From Octopus sinensis (taxonomy: Eukaryota), in the NCBI RefSeq assembly GCF_006345805.1, contig NC_042998.1:185380001-185444000 (forward strand): 64,000 nucleotides of DNA, read 5' to 3'. Below are positions 24,230-37,500 of this stretch, in pieces. Numbering within the stretch: the stretch's first letter is position 1; each line of letters opens with the position of its first letter. The notes beneath the pieces were generated by a model. The model saw only the letters and a program-made list of their open reading frames with translations, made no database searches and was not told the origin of the DNA. Position numbers and translations under genes: made by a program.

Positions 24230-24726
24230 TTGTAATTTAGTCATCCATAGTCTCATATGATATTTCGGAATAATATTCCTTCTTCAGATATTCTTAGATG
24301 GAGTTGCTGCTATAATTGGTTTTCTAATGGCTTTTCTTTTTATTTTGTGAAAGCATCTTTTCTTAATACTGGTTCCAATATTACATCCATATCTGCACTA
24401 GGTCTGCTTAGGAGGTTGTGTCCTAGTATATGTGCTGCCTCTTTTAATTTTCATATTTTCCAGAGGTGTTCTCTGTTTTTCAATACATGATTGACTATAC
24501 TCCATTTTTCAAAATCCCCTCATGTCACAGCTTTATGATGTTCCTCTACTCTTATTTTAAGGGGGCAGCATGTTTCGCCTTTGTATAACCTACTACAACT
24601 GCATGGAATAGAGTACATGAAGTTTTTGGTCATATTCTCTTCTGTGGGTGGTTTTACTCAGAGGAGATATTTGCGAAGTGTTTTATTACTTCTGAATACA
24701 AAAAGTATGCGGTCCGTATGACATCA
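24230..24726 (-). mobile_element. Penelope-like element remnant (GIY-YIG endonuclease end plus 3' hammerhead motif)
   Basis: VFRSNKTLRKYLL*VKPPTEENMTKNFMYSIPCSCSRLYKGETCCPLKIRVEEHHKAV...LKEAAHILG. Confidence 0.8.
24242..24300 (-). ncRNA. Hammerhead-like motif in the Penelope 3' repeat (cleavage triplet degenerate)
   Basis: CUGAAGA-A-GGAAU(AUU)AUUCC-GAAA, then palindrome UCAUAUGA. Confidence 0.45.
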
Positions 24727-25009
24727 AAATTCCACCAGCACACCCAATGAAGGTTGGAGAGTGCATCAGCCAAAATGTTGTGGTAACAACAAACAAGGTG
24801 AAGACGCCTATCTGTCCACCACTTTAAGGCCTCTCAATACCAGCTTTTGCTTTGAGGTCTGGAATTCTTGTCTAAATCTACCATGGATTAGTTTATAAAA
24901 TCTAGATCATCAGAATAAAGGAGTATCATTTATATTTGGTCTTAACCTTCTCTGTTATAACATGTAAGACAATAATGGATGCAGTGCAACTGTGGACTGT
25001 GCTTTCACA

Positions 25010-25460
25010 GACAACTACCTGATGCTAAATTCACCATTAAACTCATTGTTGTCTGTGCTTCTTTCTATACATGGCTTGTAAGGCCCACATAGGCCATTCC
25101 TCTGCATGTAACTTCCTTAGTATACAGAACATGGAACTCTGTCAAAGGCATTTTCTATGTTGACAAATGCCAGGTATAAGGGGGCTTATGCCTAGCTAAG
25201 TACTTCTGTGCTTGTTTCACTGTGAAGCTTGCATCAGTTGTCCCTCTTCCAGGTATAAATCCAAACTGAATCTCATCTAGGTGAAATCTCTACTCAAATG
25301 TGCAATTACCTTTTCCATAACTTTTATAATGTGGTTCTACAATCTGATGCCTTTTTAATTACCTCTTTCAACTGTTTCGCTGTTGCCCTTGTAGCAGTTG
25401 ACAATAATGATTCTATGCTAGTCATTGGGTATAATATCTTCTTGTATTACCATATTTTTT
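25010..25460 (-). mobile_element. RTE-like RT fragment
   Basis: LDEIQFGFIPGRGTTDA...YLAFVNIENAFDRVP on minus. Confidence 0.7.
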
Positions 25461-26554
25461 ACTAAAAATCCATTTCAATCAATCAAGCACTCAGTTGTCA
25501 TCTTTGCTATTGCTGTCATCATTATTCATCATCATCATCATTTAACATCTGATTTCCATGCTGGCATGGGTTGGATGGTTTGATTGGGGACTGGTGAGCC
25601 AGTGGCTGCACCAGGTTCAATCTGGTCTGGCAAAGTTTCTACAGCTGGATGCCCTTCCTAACGCCAACCACTCTGAGAATGTAGTGGGTACTTTTTACGT
25701 GCACCGGCATGAGGGCCAGTCAGGCGGTTCTGGCAATGACCATGCTCATGCTCAAAAGGTGTTTTTACATGCTACCTGCACGGGAGCCAGTCCAGTGACA
25801 CTGGCAGTCTGCTTTCCATGCTGGACATTTACTTTCCTATTGATTTTGAGAGAGGATTGAAATTTTTAAAGTTTTAATTTTTACTTTTGATAAAAATTGT
25901 GGCCCTTTAGCCAAATCAGAGAAAATCAATAATTTCTTGTATAGATTTAAAGAAATAAGAATATGTAATGTTACAAGAGTATTAACGCCCAATATTCTAA
26001 CAGGGATTGGCTCATCAAGAGCTTATGTCCTTCACCACAAAATCCATCTATCAAATGATTAAGAATAAAATGAGAAAATTATTTCTTGATTATTCAGGAG
26101 TTTTATCATTCATCCTGTGATTTTATAGCTTAGACAAGTTTGCACAAACTACCTTTCAGCTTGTTCTTTCCTTTGTCGTATATTAATACCTTAAAATATA
26201 TTATTTCTAGTTTCTGTTTACAAATTTCTAGTTCAAAAAATCACACAACTTTCATAATATTTTTCACAATGTTATGATACCACAGCCTTCTTTATTACAG
26301 ATAACTCTCCATCTCTAATTTATTAAGGGATTATTTTAGAAGCTGAGTGACATTCGAATAAAAGCATAACAAAACAACACGTAATTTTAAAAATAAAACA
26401 CTTTAGTTTAGAATTATTTTATTATGCTTTAAGCATTTCCATTACATATATTTTACATCAAAGATTGTTTTACTGTGTAGAATTTGTGACAGTCTGTTGG
26501 CTTTAGTTTGAAGTAACATAATAAACAGAATCAATACTGTTGCTGAATCCAAAA

Positions 26555-26977
26555 TTATTGTTGGTTATCTCTCATCATCATCAGAGAATGGAATTGTTTC
26601 AACATACGCTTATAATGGCAACCATCCCAATAGACTTTACCACAGCTTATACAACAGTAGAATATTTTGTCTTCAGCAAATAAAGTATTTGGGATATGTT
26701 CCAGCTGAATAGCTACACCATTACTTCGGTATAAGGCAGTATCCATGTCAATCAGTTCTTCATTTTCCAATACAGGATAGGATTCCAGCTTATTTACAGG
26801 GTGTGTGACCATACTGCTAAATAGCATATCTGGATCAGGAATACTTTCTACAGCATCAGAGCCATTGGGATCTGAAATCCAAGATTTCTTTTTCGTTGAT
26901 GAGGAACTTGGCTTCACTTCCTTTAACACATGCATCTTCTCAGATTCAACCAAGACAAAAGTCTTACAATTGCAAAT
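26555..26977 (-). CDS. EXD3: EXD3 terminal coding exon (Mut7-C zinc ribbon, stop)
   Basis: ttccag|[14 protein letters not shown]...[26 protein letters not shown]...DNQQ*. Confidence 0.94.
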   Translation of the reverse strand: MCNCKTFVLVESEKMHVLKEVKPSSSSTKKKSWISDPNGSDAVESIPDPDMLFSSMVTHPVNKLESYPVLENEELIDMDTALYRSNGVAIQLEHIPNTLFAEDKIFYCCISCGKVYWDGCHYKRMLKQFHSLMMMRDNQQ

Positions 26978-27182
26978 CTGGAAAAGAAGAAATCTTTCTT
27001 ATAATTTATTGTAAATACATACAGATTTTTTCATTAAGTACATAGTCAAGGGGAAAACTGTATTAATTAATCTGATTTCAGTGTATTATTGGTAAGTTAC
27101 TTTAACAATGTTAGAGTAAGTAAAGAGAAATCAACACTGACACACCCGGTCTGTCTCTCTCTCTCTATATATATACATACTT

Positions 27183-27252
<70 letters not shown>

Positions 27253-27299
27253 AGTGTGTGTATGTGTATATATATATACATACACACACACACATACAT

Positions 27300-27367
<68 letters not shown>

Positions 27368-28529
27368 AGACCTATTGAGTCAAGTACATCAATATCAGCA
27401 TCAAATCAAATGGAAATGGTAGTTGTGACCCTCGTGCTGGTGGCACGTAAAAAGCACCCGCTACACTCTTGGAGTGGTTGGCATTAGGAAGGGCATCCAG
27501 CTGTAGAAACACTGCCAGATCAGATTGGGGCCTGGTGCAGCCTCCTGGCTTCCCAGACCCCAGTCGCACCGTCCAACCCACAATTTTTTCTCACACACCG
27601 TCTTGCAATCCGAAATACTTCAGTTCTTTGGTCCTCATGTCGCTGGACATTGGTAAACTTCTTTTCTGCTTCGTCCTTGGCTATGTATACCTGTCGCCCA
27701 GCCTCCCTTCTGGTTATCTGGTAGTTTCTTGCTACCCCCACCATTCCAGGCTTTCCAGGCCAGTTTCTTTGCTCTAATGCCTTTGTCTACCATATTATTT
27801 TGGCATGTTACCTTGCCAAAAGATTTTATACCTATGAGCCCTGCCTGTGAGGACCTTAGCTGAAGCCCCTCTCCATCTTACTTCTTGTATGCAGCATACA
27901 TCGACACATCTCCTTTCAAGCATCTCTACAATCTCACTAGACCTACCTTTCAGTGTGCCTACACTGACAATGCCAACTCTGAAAACTGGGAAAGGAATGT
28001 GGGGTGAAGCTTGGGGAAGAGAGATGTTATTTAGCGCCTGAAAAGAAGAGGGAGGTTGTCGTGTTCATTTTTTAGGAATGCTTCACCTGTTCTCACTTCC
28101 GACCTGACATCATTCAAACATTCAAGCGTGTTAAGATTGTTGCCCCTACTGGAGGTAGGAGAAGGTGTTAGCAGCATTGTAAGTATAAGCATTATGTTTA
28201 TCATAAAAACATAAATTTAAGCGGTGTTGCAAATATGGATATTCCAATGTTAGATTAAGTAGAGAGTCAGCTAAACTGGTTGCATTTGTCCAGGGAGAGG
28301 GGATTACAGATATGATGGAGGGTACCACCAGCAAGGGGTGGGATGTTTCAGACAGAGAAAGAGAGGAAACAAGCTCATCCATACAAACACACACAAGCAT
28401 GCATGCACACACACACACACATAAACAAACACATGCATAATGTAGTTGTTGGTATATTTCTAGATGGGACAAAATGAAATGAAAGATAGCCAGTTAAGTA
28501 GGTGGGCAGCTGAGCTAGTTGCATTTGTC

Positions 28530-28580
<51 letters not shown>

Positions 28581-31500
28581 TGCAGGTAATATATAGAGAA
28601 CAGCCCTGTGAGGAGGAGGAGTTGAGAGAAGAGACAACAGGTAATGGTGGTGGGGGAAGAAAGAGATATCCGGTGTAGATGGTGGGAAAAGAGAGATAGA
28701 GATATCCGGTATTGGTGGTGGGGGTCGGAAAAGGCGGTTGCACCACGAACAAAGTTTTTTGGGGGAGATGGTATGAGGACTGAAAATAGTAGTAACAATA
28801 ATAATAATATACATTCAGAGTGTTCATAGGGGATGAGAAATTAAACAAACCAAGAAATGAGTAATTATCTTAACGAAATTACATGAGAGATGAAAATATG
28901 ATATTAATATCTCTTGGATATTAAAATATAAAAGACATTATTACTAGGAGAAAGAAGGCAGTGAGCTGGCAGAGTCGTTAGCATGCTGTGCGAAATGCTT
29001 AGCGGTATTTTATCTGCTGTTACGTTCTGAGTTCAAATTCCACCAAAGTCGACTTTGCCTTTCATCCTTTCTGGATCAATAAAATTAGTAACAGTTATGA
29101 ACTGGGGTTGATGTAATCGACTTAATACCTTCCCCCAAATTTGAGGCCTTATGTTTCCAGTAAAAACGGATTATTACTAGGAGAAAGTGATTAGTCTAAA
29201 AATGCTAAGGTACCAGTTTGCATCTGTGAAAAGACATTAATGGAAAACTTTCGATGAAACATGAATTTTAGGATAGGAAAACAAAAATTCTCTCAAAAGT
29301 TATGAAGGTTGATTTGTAAATGCTGACAGCAGAAGAGAATTAAATAAATAAACCAGAGCACTCAGCGCGCAAACCTCTGCCAAGGCAACATCAACGTCCT
29401 CTCAACGATTAGCCAAAGATGGTTTTCAAAATGTGGAATATCTGAAATAAACTCAACTGCTCTAACAAACAAGAATACTAAAAATGAACCCAACCTCAGT
29501 CAAAAATAAGTAAAAAAAAAAAACAGGAAAAATAATCTAGAATCCTTTTCTGGTACTAAATCAATCCCAAAATCTAATCAGTTCATGCTAGTCACAAGGC
29601 CTAACATCCCTGAAAGTTTCATCTGAATCCATCAAGTGGTTCTTGAGATTTCTTGTCCATGGTCAAACAAACAAACACAACTGAAAACAATACCTCCGCC
29701 TTTGCTAAGGTGGAGCTAATAAAGTTAAGTGATTAAATTAACGTTCAAGTAAATGTGATAGATAGAAAAATATGGAGGATAACCTCATAGTAAAAAAATA
29801 TAAACAGGGCTAAAACGTTTACCTGACATCTACTCAGAAGATCTTCTTCCTTTACCTTCACATTAAAATGTGTTAAGACCTCCATCAGTTGTTCTTTAAC
29901 GTTCTGGCTAGATACACTGAAGCATTTATTTTCACCAAGTCTTGACGCAAACTAAAAATAAAAATAAAAAAATAAAAAGTACAATTATAAAATAAATAAT
30001 TCCATGAAATAAGGTATTTTGAAAAATAATGTCAAAATAAGAATTTAAAATGTTAAGTAATTAAAAAGCTCTGCTTAGGTATCTCTGAAATATTGCTATT
30101 TGCTTTTAGTTCTGTTTTACCTTCTACTACTTTCAGTCACTGGACTGTGACCATGCTAAAGCTCTATTTCAAGGGTTTAGTCAAACAAATAAACCCAATC
30201 CTTACTTTTTAAAGTGTGCTACATATTCTATTGGTTTCTTCTGTCGAGCCACTACATTATGGGAACATAAACAAACCAATGCCAGTTGTCAAGTGGTATG
30301 AGACAAACACAAAGATACATGTGTGCACAGACACTCACACACATACAGATGAATTTCCATAAAGTTTTCACCTACTAAATTCCCTTACAAGACAAAATGC
30401 CAAGCAGTGGAACTGAAATTGAAACCACATGGTTGCAAAGCAAACTTCTCAACCACACAGTCAAGCCTACATCTAAGCTTTGTTCAGAAAATTTTAAAAA
30501 CTGATTGGTTTTTCTTTTTGAATCCCTTTCAACTTATCTTGAGTAAGAGTCAAGTACATCAACATCAAAATAAATATCAAATGGAAATTGTAGTTGTGAT
30601 ACCTGTGGTGGTGACACGTAAAAAGCACCATCTGAACATGGCTGATGCCAGCGCCGCCTTGACTGGCTTCTGTGCCAGTGACACATAAAAAGCACCCACT
30701 ACACTCACGGAGTGGTTGGCGTTAGGAAGGGCATCCAGCTGTAGAAACACTGCCAGATCAGACTGGAGCCTGGTGCAACCTCCTGGCTTCCCAGACCCCG
30801 GTCGAACTGTCCAGCCCATGCTAGCATGGAAAGCAGACGTTAAACGATGATGATGATGTTTAACTTATAAACAAAAGCAAACTTCATATGATTTGTATAT
30901 GATTTCAAACAAAAGCATGTTTTTCTCAAAGTTGCAACATAAGCTATTGTAACAACTAGATCCACTACAGTTGTCTCACGGTCATAACAATGAGCTTATA
31001 GTTCCAACTGGTCAATCAACTAGTCTTTTTTTTCTTTTACTTTGTATATGTTTTTAACAAATTCTCCCAAGTTCAGAGTATTGCCATACAATACATAAGG
31101 ATATATTTTCATTGAGATGGGAGGGGGGGAAAGACTATATAAGATTTGATATAAAAAGAAACAGAAACAAGTAAATAAATAATGAGTTTAAAATAACAAC
31201 TGAATATAAATACTATGAACTATAAAAGAAAAAATTTCTTGTTTCAGCTTGCTTGAAATATTAGTTTCAAATTTTGACACAAGGCCAGCAATTTTGGAGG
31301 ACATGGTAAGTAAATTACATCAACCCCAGTGGTCAACAAGTACATACTTTATTTACCCTGAAAGGATGAAAGGCAAAGTCGACCTCAGTGGGACTTAAAC
31401 CCAGAATGTCAAAACTGATGAAATGCCACTAAGCACTTCGTACAACCAGCAAACAATTCTGCCAGCTTGCCACCTTAATATTAGTAAATAAACTGAACCA

Positions 31501-34500
31501 AATATATACCACCTACGCTTTTATATTATACTAGCAGCTAAGCCCGGTTTCACCTGGTCTGTGTGGATGATGTGGCTGTGATCGTTTTCGGTTAGGCATA
31601 ATCTATAACAGCGTTTGTCAACCTTATCATTTCGGGTCCCCTGTTTCAATTGAAGCCTCCAACTATATGAAAATTTCCTGACCCCACTCCAACAGAAAAC
31701 AGCTTCTAAGCAACTGGTTGTTTTAATGACAGAAGAAAGAGGGAAATTCGATTAGAAACAGTTTTAATAAATTTTCTCGGTAAGTATGGGGGTTAGGAAA
31801 AAAATACAAACTGCATTCCAATCTATGCACCTGTCTTCACATGTGTGCCATTTTTCATGCGAATCCACCCAGCCGTTTAGCTGTGAACCTCAAGACAAGA
31901 AAGAATACAATGATCGCCCACGTCCAATTTATATTATAGATGCTTGCATGAAAATATTGCCATATGATTTCATTGTTGTTTCATTTAGGTGGAAAGAAAA
32001 ATAATGCTGGCACTCATTCTGCTTAGTTTCTGCCTAAAAGAATATTCGGTTTCTTCTAAAAGTAGTGACCCAATACCAACAATGAAAAAAGTACAATGAC
32101 GGAAGTTTGAATAATAAAACAATAAGCATGAAATACTGGTGTCATGGTTATACACATGTGTAAACAATATGGATACAGTTATATAGAGGGGGAAAAAAGC
32201 AATGGGAAACAAAAAATAATCAACAGAAGCCTAGTTGAGAAGGAAAAGTATATTTAATAGTGGAATGAGATAATTGGGCACATCTGTTTAGATGCTGATG
32301 ATTTGGCCAGGCTTACTGGACATTCAACCTGTTTTTGGAGAGTTCTTTTTGGTGCTGGAGACAAATATACAAACACACAAGTGCAGAAATATACACATAC
32401 AGATAAAGAGAATGAGAAAAAAAGAAAGCGGGGGAGAGACATTACATATAAACAACTAGATGCTCACATATATAAACACAGAGAGAGAAATTACAGTTTC
32501 ATTGAACACAACTGACAAAAATACTTTCTCTCTCCTCACGTACATAAAGGAAAATATTAAGACATCTGATGTCAAAGAAGTCAGCATTGAATCAGCGATG
32601 CCAAAACATCTCATATCCATTTAACCCTTTTGCTACTGTATATATTTTGAGATGCTCTCTGTTTCTTTAAATTACTTTAAATATAACAAAGAATTTAGTA
32701 AAATAACTTAGTTATCATTAAGTTAGTGCTAGGAACATAAATTGGGACTAAGGTTTGGTGGAAGATTTTAATTCAAAACTCATGAAAATAAGACATTTGT
32801 ACTCAGAGCTAGAGCCAAGTGTTAATAGGAGGGAGGGGTTAGTATTTGTAGACATTTTCAAAGTAAACTTCTCCATCAAATAAGACAACCTTATTGGTTA
32901 AAGTGAAAATGCTTTTATTCTTAATAAAGTGAAAGAAAATTACAGACAGATAAAAAGACAGGAAATAATTTGATAACTTGCCATTTGGTATACTCTTCCT
33001 GCAGTCAAAACAATACGATTTCCTTGCAGTGCCAACTGAAAAACAATTTTTTTTATGAAGAATGCCATTCCACTATTAAGTACATGTAATAATGATTATA
33101 TCATGCTTAATACAATATATAAGGGTAGTAAATCTGGCTGAATTTGCTAAGTATAAACTCTATAAGAAATATTTCTCTTAAATTAGATATTATGTTGATC
33201 CTATCATCAAGTAGTATTCACTAAATAGAATAATGAAAACAAACTTACGACTAAAATCAGTTACTTGGTTTTATTAAAGAGAAGTAGGCATTATATATTT
33301 CACCTTCACCACCTACTTTTGCACATCCAGAAGTGTAATGCTAACATAATGAATTTTAATGGTTTATACAGTGATGACAAGTTGTTACTTTAAATAGTGA
33401 AAGTACACTTAGAGTGGAACGGAAATTAGTTATAAGGTAAGTGATAAGTGGAATGGAGATTAGTACTAAGATATTCTTCATGTTAGTCACATACAAATAC
33501 TAGGCACTGGCAAGGTAAAATATATCTTACTCATGCTAGCAAAGATAATATAATGTTGACATTAGGAAGGGCATGTGGTTGTAGTAATGATGCCAAAACT
33601 GGCAGTAGAGCTTGGTGCAGTCTTCTGGTTTGTCAGCTTCTGCCAAACTGACCGACCCATGCCAGCATGAAAAACTGACATTAAATGAGGTCCAACTGAA
33701 GCCAGCATGGAAAATAGATGTTATTTGATGACAATGATGATGATGATGATGAAAACAGCAGATAAAACGAAAAAACGTTACCTTTGAGCAACAACAGTAG
33801 ATGAAAATTTAGAAGCATAATTAGAGGCAAATATATAGCAAAAATACTATTGATACTTATTCAAATAAATAAGAATGTATCTAAGGGTCACAAAGGGTAG
33901 CTGCAGTTAAAAAAAGGAGAAATATTTGTTCGCTGTGTATTGAATATTAGCTTATGTTATCTTATAGGTCTGACTTAAAGTAAGTACTTGTCCAAGTGTA
34001 ACTTCTAGCTTTCTATATTTTATCAAACAACTCATCAGTGAAGACATAACCATGTGATCATTAGTCGAGTACTTTAACTGTACAGTCACTAAGGTCTAGA
34101 AAGTCCTGCGGCTCACAGGACTTTCTGAATTCCTTGAATTTTTTTTAGTAGTGTGGCCTACCTGATGATGATCCTTGTCTCATATGATCTGCTTCTCAAA
34201 AGTGGTTGCCCATACCTGGTCCAGATGTTTGTCTCTTTTTTACCTGCATAGCAGCAACACCTCTTTTGTTACGAGAGTAGGTAGGTAAGTGCAAGTTTAG
34301 TAGTGAGATAGTGAATGATAGTGTCTGGTGTTAGGGTATTCAGTAGAACCAAGTATGAAAAGTATTCAATTGTAGACTAATCTTTGTAGCAAGAATGAAG
34401 TGTTGGTTAATTAATAAATCCAGAGGATGTCAGAATGCAAACTATACGAGTGTATTTCATAGAAAATTTTGTTCCAATAACAATAAATACCAACAACTAA

Positions 34501-37500
34501 AAGAATTTGTGTTTTTTCAGGGAGTGGCTGTGTGGTAAGTAGCTTGCTAACCAGCCACATGGTTCCGGGTTCAGTCCCACTGCGTGGCATCTTGGGCAAG
34601 TGTCTTCTGCTATAGCCCCGGGCCGACCAAAGCCTTGTGAGTGGATTTGGCAGACGGAAACTGAAAGAAGCCTGTCGTGTATATGTATATATATATATGT
34701 GTTTGTGTGTCTGTGTTTGTCCCCCCTAGCATTGCTTGACAACCGATGCTGGTGTGTTTACGTCCCCGTCACTTAGCGGTTCGGCAAAAGAGACCGATAG
34801 AATAAGTACTGGGCTTCCAAAGAATAAGCCCCGGGGTCGATTTGCTCGACTAAAGGCGGTGCTCCAGCATGGCCGCAGTCAAATGACTGAAACAAGTAAA
34901 AGAGTAAAGAGAGATACTTAGAAGTAATGTTTAAAAGTGCTGGTAGATGACTTAAGTATCATGTATGAAGACTATATTTATTTGTTTCAGACATTGGATT
35001 GCAGCTATGCTGGAACACTGTTTTGAAGGTTTTAAACGCCTGGTGCTTATTTTATTGATCTCTTTTGCTGAACTAAAAGGTTACAGGGTTATAAACAAAC
35101 CAACACCAGTTGTAAAGCAGTAGAAGGGGACACAAACACAACACATATACATTTATATATAAATGATGATATATATGTGTATATATATATGCATGTGTGT
35201 ATATATGTATATATATATATATATATAGTTAATCCAAACATGAACAAAGAGAAAACACAACAACGCGAGGACATGGAACAAGTACAGTGTTATTGGACGC
35301 TCAGGAAAGGAAAGAAAGGAGGAGGATTTAACGTTTCGAGCGGAGCTCTTCGTCAGAAACATAGAAAAAGGAAAGGTCCAAGAAAGGGAAGACAGAGAAA
35401 GAAAATCGCCAACAATACACATGTGGTCACACACACACACATATATATATATACATATACACACATACACATATATGACAGGTTTCTTTTAATTTCTATC
35501 TACCATATCCATCCAGAAGGCTTTGGTTGGCCCAATGTTATAGTAGAAGACACTTGCCCAAGTTGCCACGAAGGGGAGTGAAACTGGAACCATGTGTTGG
35601 TAAACAAATTTCTTACCACATAGCCATGCCAAAGTACCCAAGAAGAATCCTGAAGTTGCAACACATAGCCTCAAAATGATCCTAGTTGCTGACTATAGTG
35701 CCTCCAAGTTTTTTGATTAGATCACATTTTTTATAATCAGATAGCACCGTGGACATGCTGGAGCACCACACTGTAGGGTTTTTGTTTATAAAGATCATGT
35801 AACATGTGACGAAGCTCAGACATGCTTTAGTGACAGACTGCAAGCACATGATATTGTCAGTAAGGCCATTGTTTACAAGCAGTACACACATATAAAGGTA
35901 AGGGAAATATGAATTAAGTCACATGCTAGCAAGCATGTATACACACATTTTATTATTGTCATCATTATTTCCATGCTGGCATGGGTTAGATGGTTTGACT
36001 GCACCAGGTTCACACACATTATATATTTATACATGCAAAGACTCCTTTCAGTTTCCGCATTTCAAATCCATTGACAAGGCTTTGGTTGGCCTACCTGTTC
36101 AATTTCTGTCTACTAAGTCTATTTGAAAGCATTGGTTAGCTCAAGGCTATAGTAGAAGATACTTGCCTAAGATGCCAAACAGTGAGATCAAGACCATGAG
36201 ATTGAAAAGTGAATTTCTTAGCCACAGTCAACTTGTTTATGACTAGCTATCAAATAGTATTTAACGGGATCCAAATGTGGCCAATGCCAGCGCCGCCTTG
36301 ACTGGCTTCCGTTGCCATCCACCCCTGGCACCTGTGCTGGTGATACATAAAAAGCATGGAGTGGTTGGCGTTAGGTAGAACATCCAGCTGTAGAAACACT
36401 GTCAGATCAGACTGGAACCTGGTGTAGCCTCCTGGCTTCCCAGACCCCAGTTGAACCGTTCAACCCATGTTAGCATGGAAAATGGACATTAAACGATGAT
36501 GATGATGATGATGGTCATTAAAAAAAAAAGATAAATTGGTTCTTTAAAAAATTATCAACACTGTTTACATCAACTATTACATATTACCTGCAGAATCTAC
36601 CTACAACATTGTGAAATATTGTAATTATCATAAAACTAATATTAATATAAAAATTAACAATTAAAACACTAGTTTGTAATAAGTGTCTAAAATACTGGAT
36701 ACCTGAGGTTTTAGTTAGCTCTAGAGGAAGGTGCATTATTTTTGGCCTGACTAGTTTGAAAATAAGCATGAGATTATAGTCAAGAGATTGGATTAGAAAG
36801 TAAATTTGTAAGGCATCTACGCTAAATAAATTGTGCAGACATGTCAGAAGGAATTTAAAAGCGAAAACAGATACCAAATGGTAAGGATGAAAAATAAAGT
36901 ACATCCATGTTAGACTACTTACAGCAATAGCATCTTTATGATCTTGGTTGTTTCTCATAATAAAAGTATCAACACCAACACTGCGGAGGTTCCATCCCAA
37001 GCCTTGAAGCATTGTATCAACAATAACTCGCAAGTCATGAGGGGAAATTGGAGAATTATTGCATTGTTTCAAAGACTTATCACTGTCTAGGGAGCACACC
37101 AAGTCATTTTTATCTATATCACAGTTGACTGATTTCTCTTCCTGGAGAATAAGTTAAAAAAGTATCTACTGGAAAGTTATTTAAAAATTTTTAAAAATGA
37201 ACAAAATTATTAGGTATTAAATATTTATCTTTAAAAAAACAATTTTGATACAATGTTATTGATATTTATTTATTTACTTCTCAATGTAAACATCTTTCTT
37301 TGAATCACCAAGTTCCTGGTCATTTCTCTCATATTTAGTCCCAGCTCAGCTCTGATCAAGTTGCCTTATGATAGAAGGCATTCTAGCCATGTCCACCTCT
37401 CTTATTTTTAGGCACAATATATATAGGACTACATTATCCAATGTATCCGTCTTTTTTTAAAAAGTGTAATTCGAGGGATCTGGCTACCATTTTTAGCAGG

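Noticed and set aside
34098-34126. Perfect 11-bp hairpin as a terminator or Helitron end
   Set aside because: It is isolated, there is no CTRR end or matching 5' end, and intrinsic terminators do not apply to this eukaryotic context.
34162-34243. Possible extra EXD3 exon (cag|...|gtaggc)
   Set aside because: It is 82 nt, has an in-frame stop in the required phase, and shows no similarity to EXD3; the flanking exons already join in frame.
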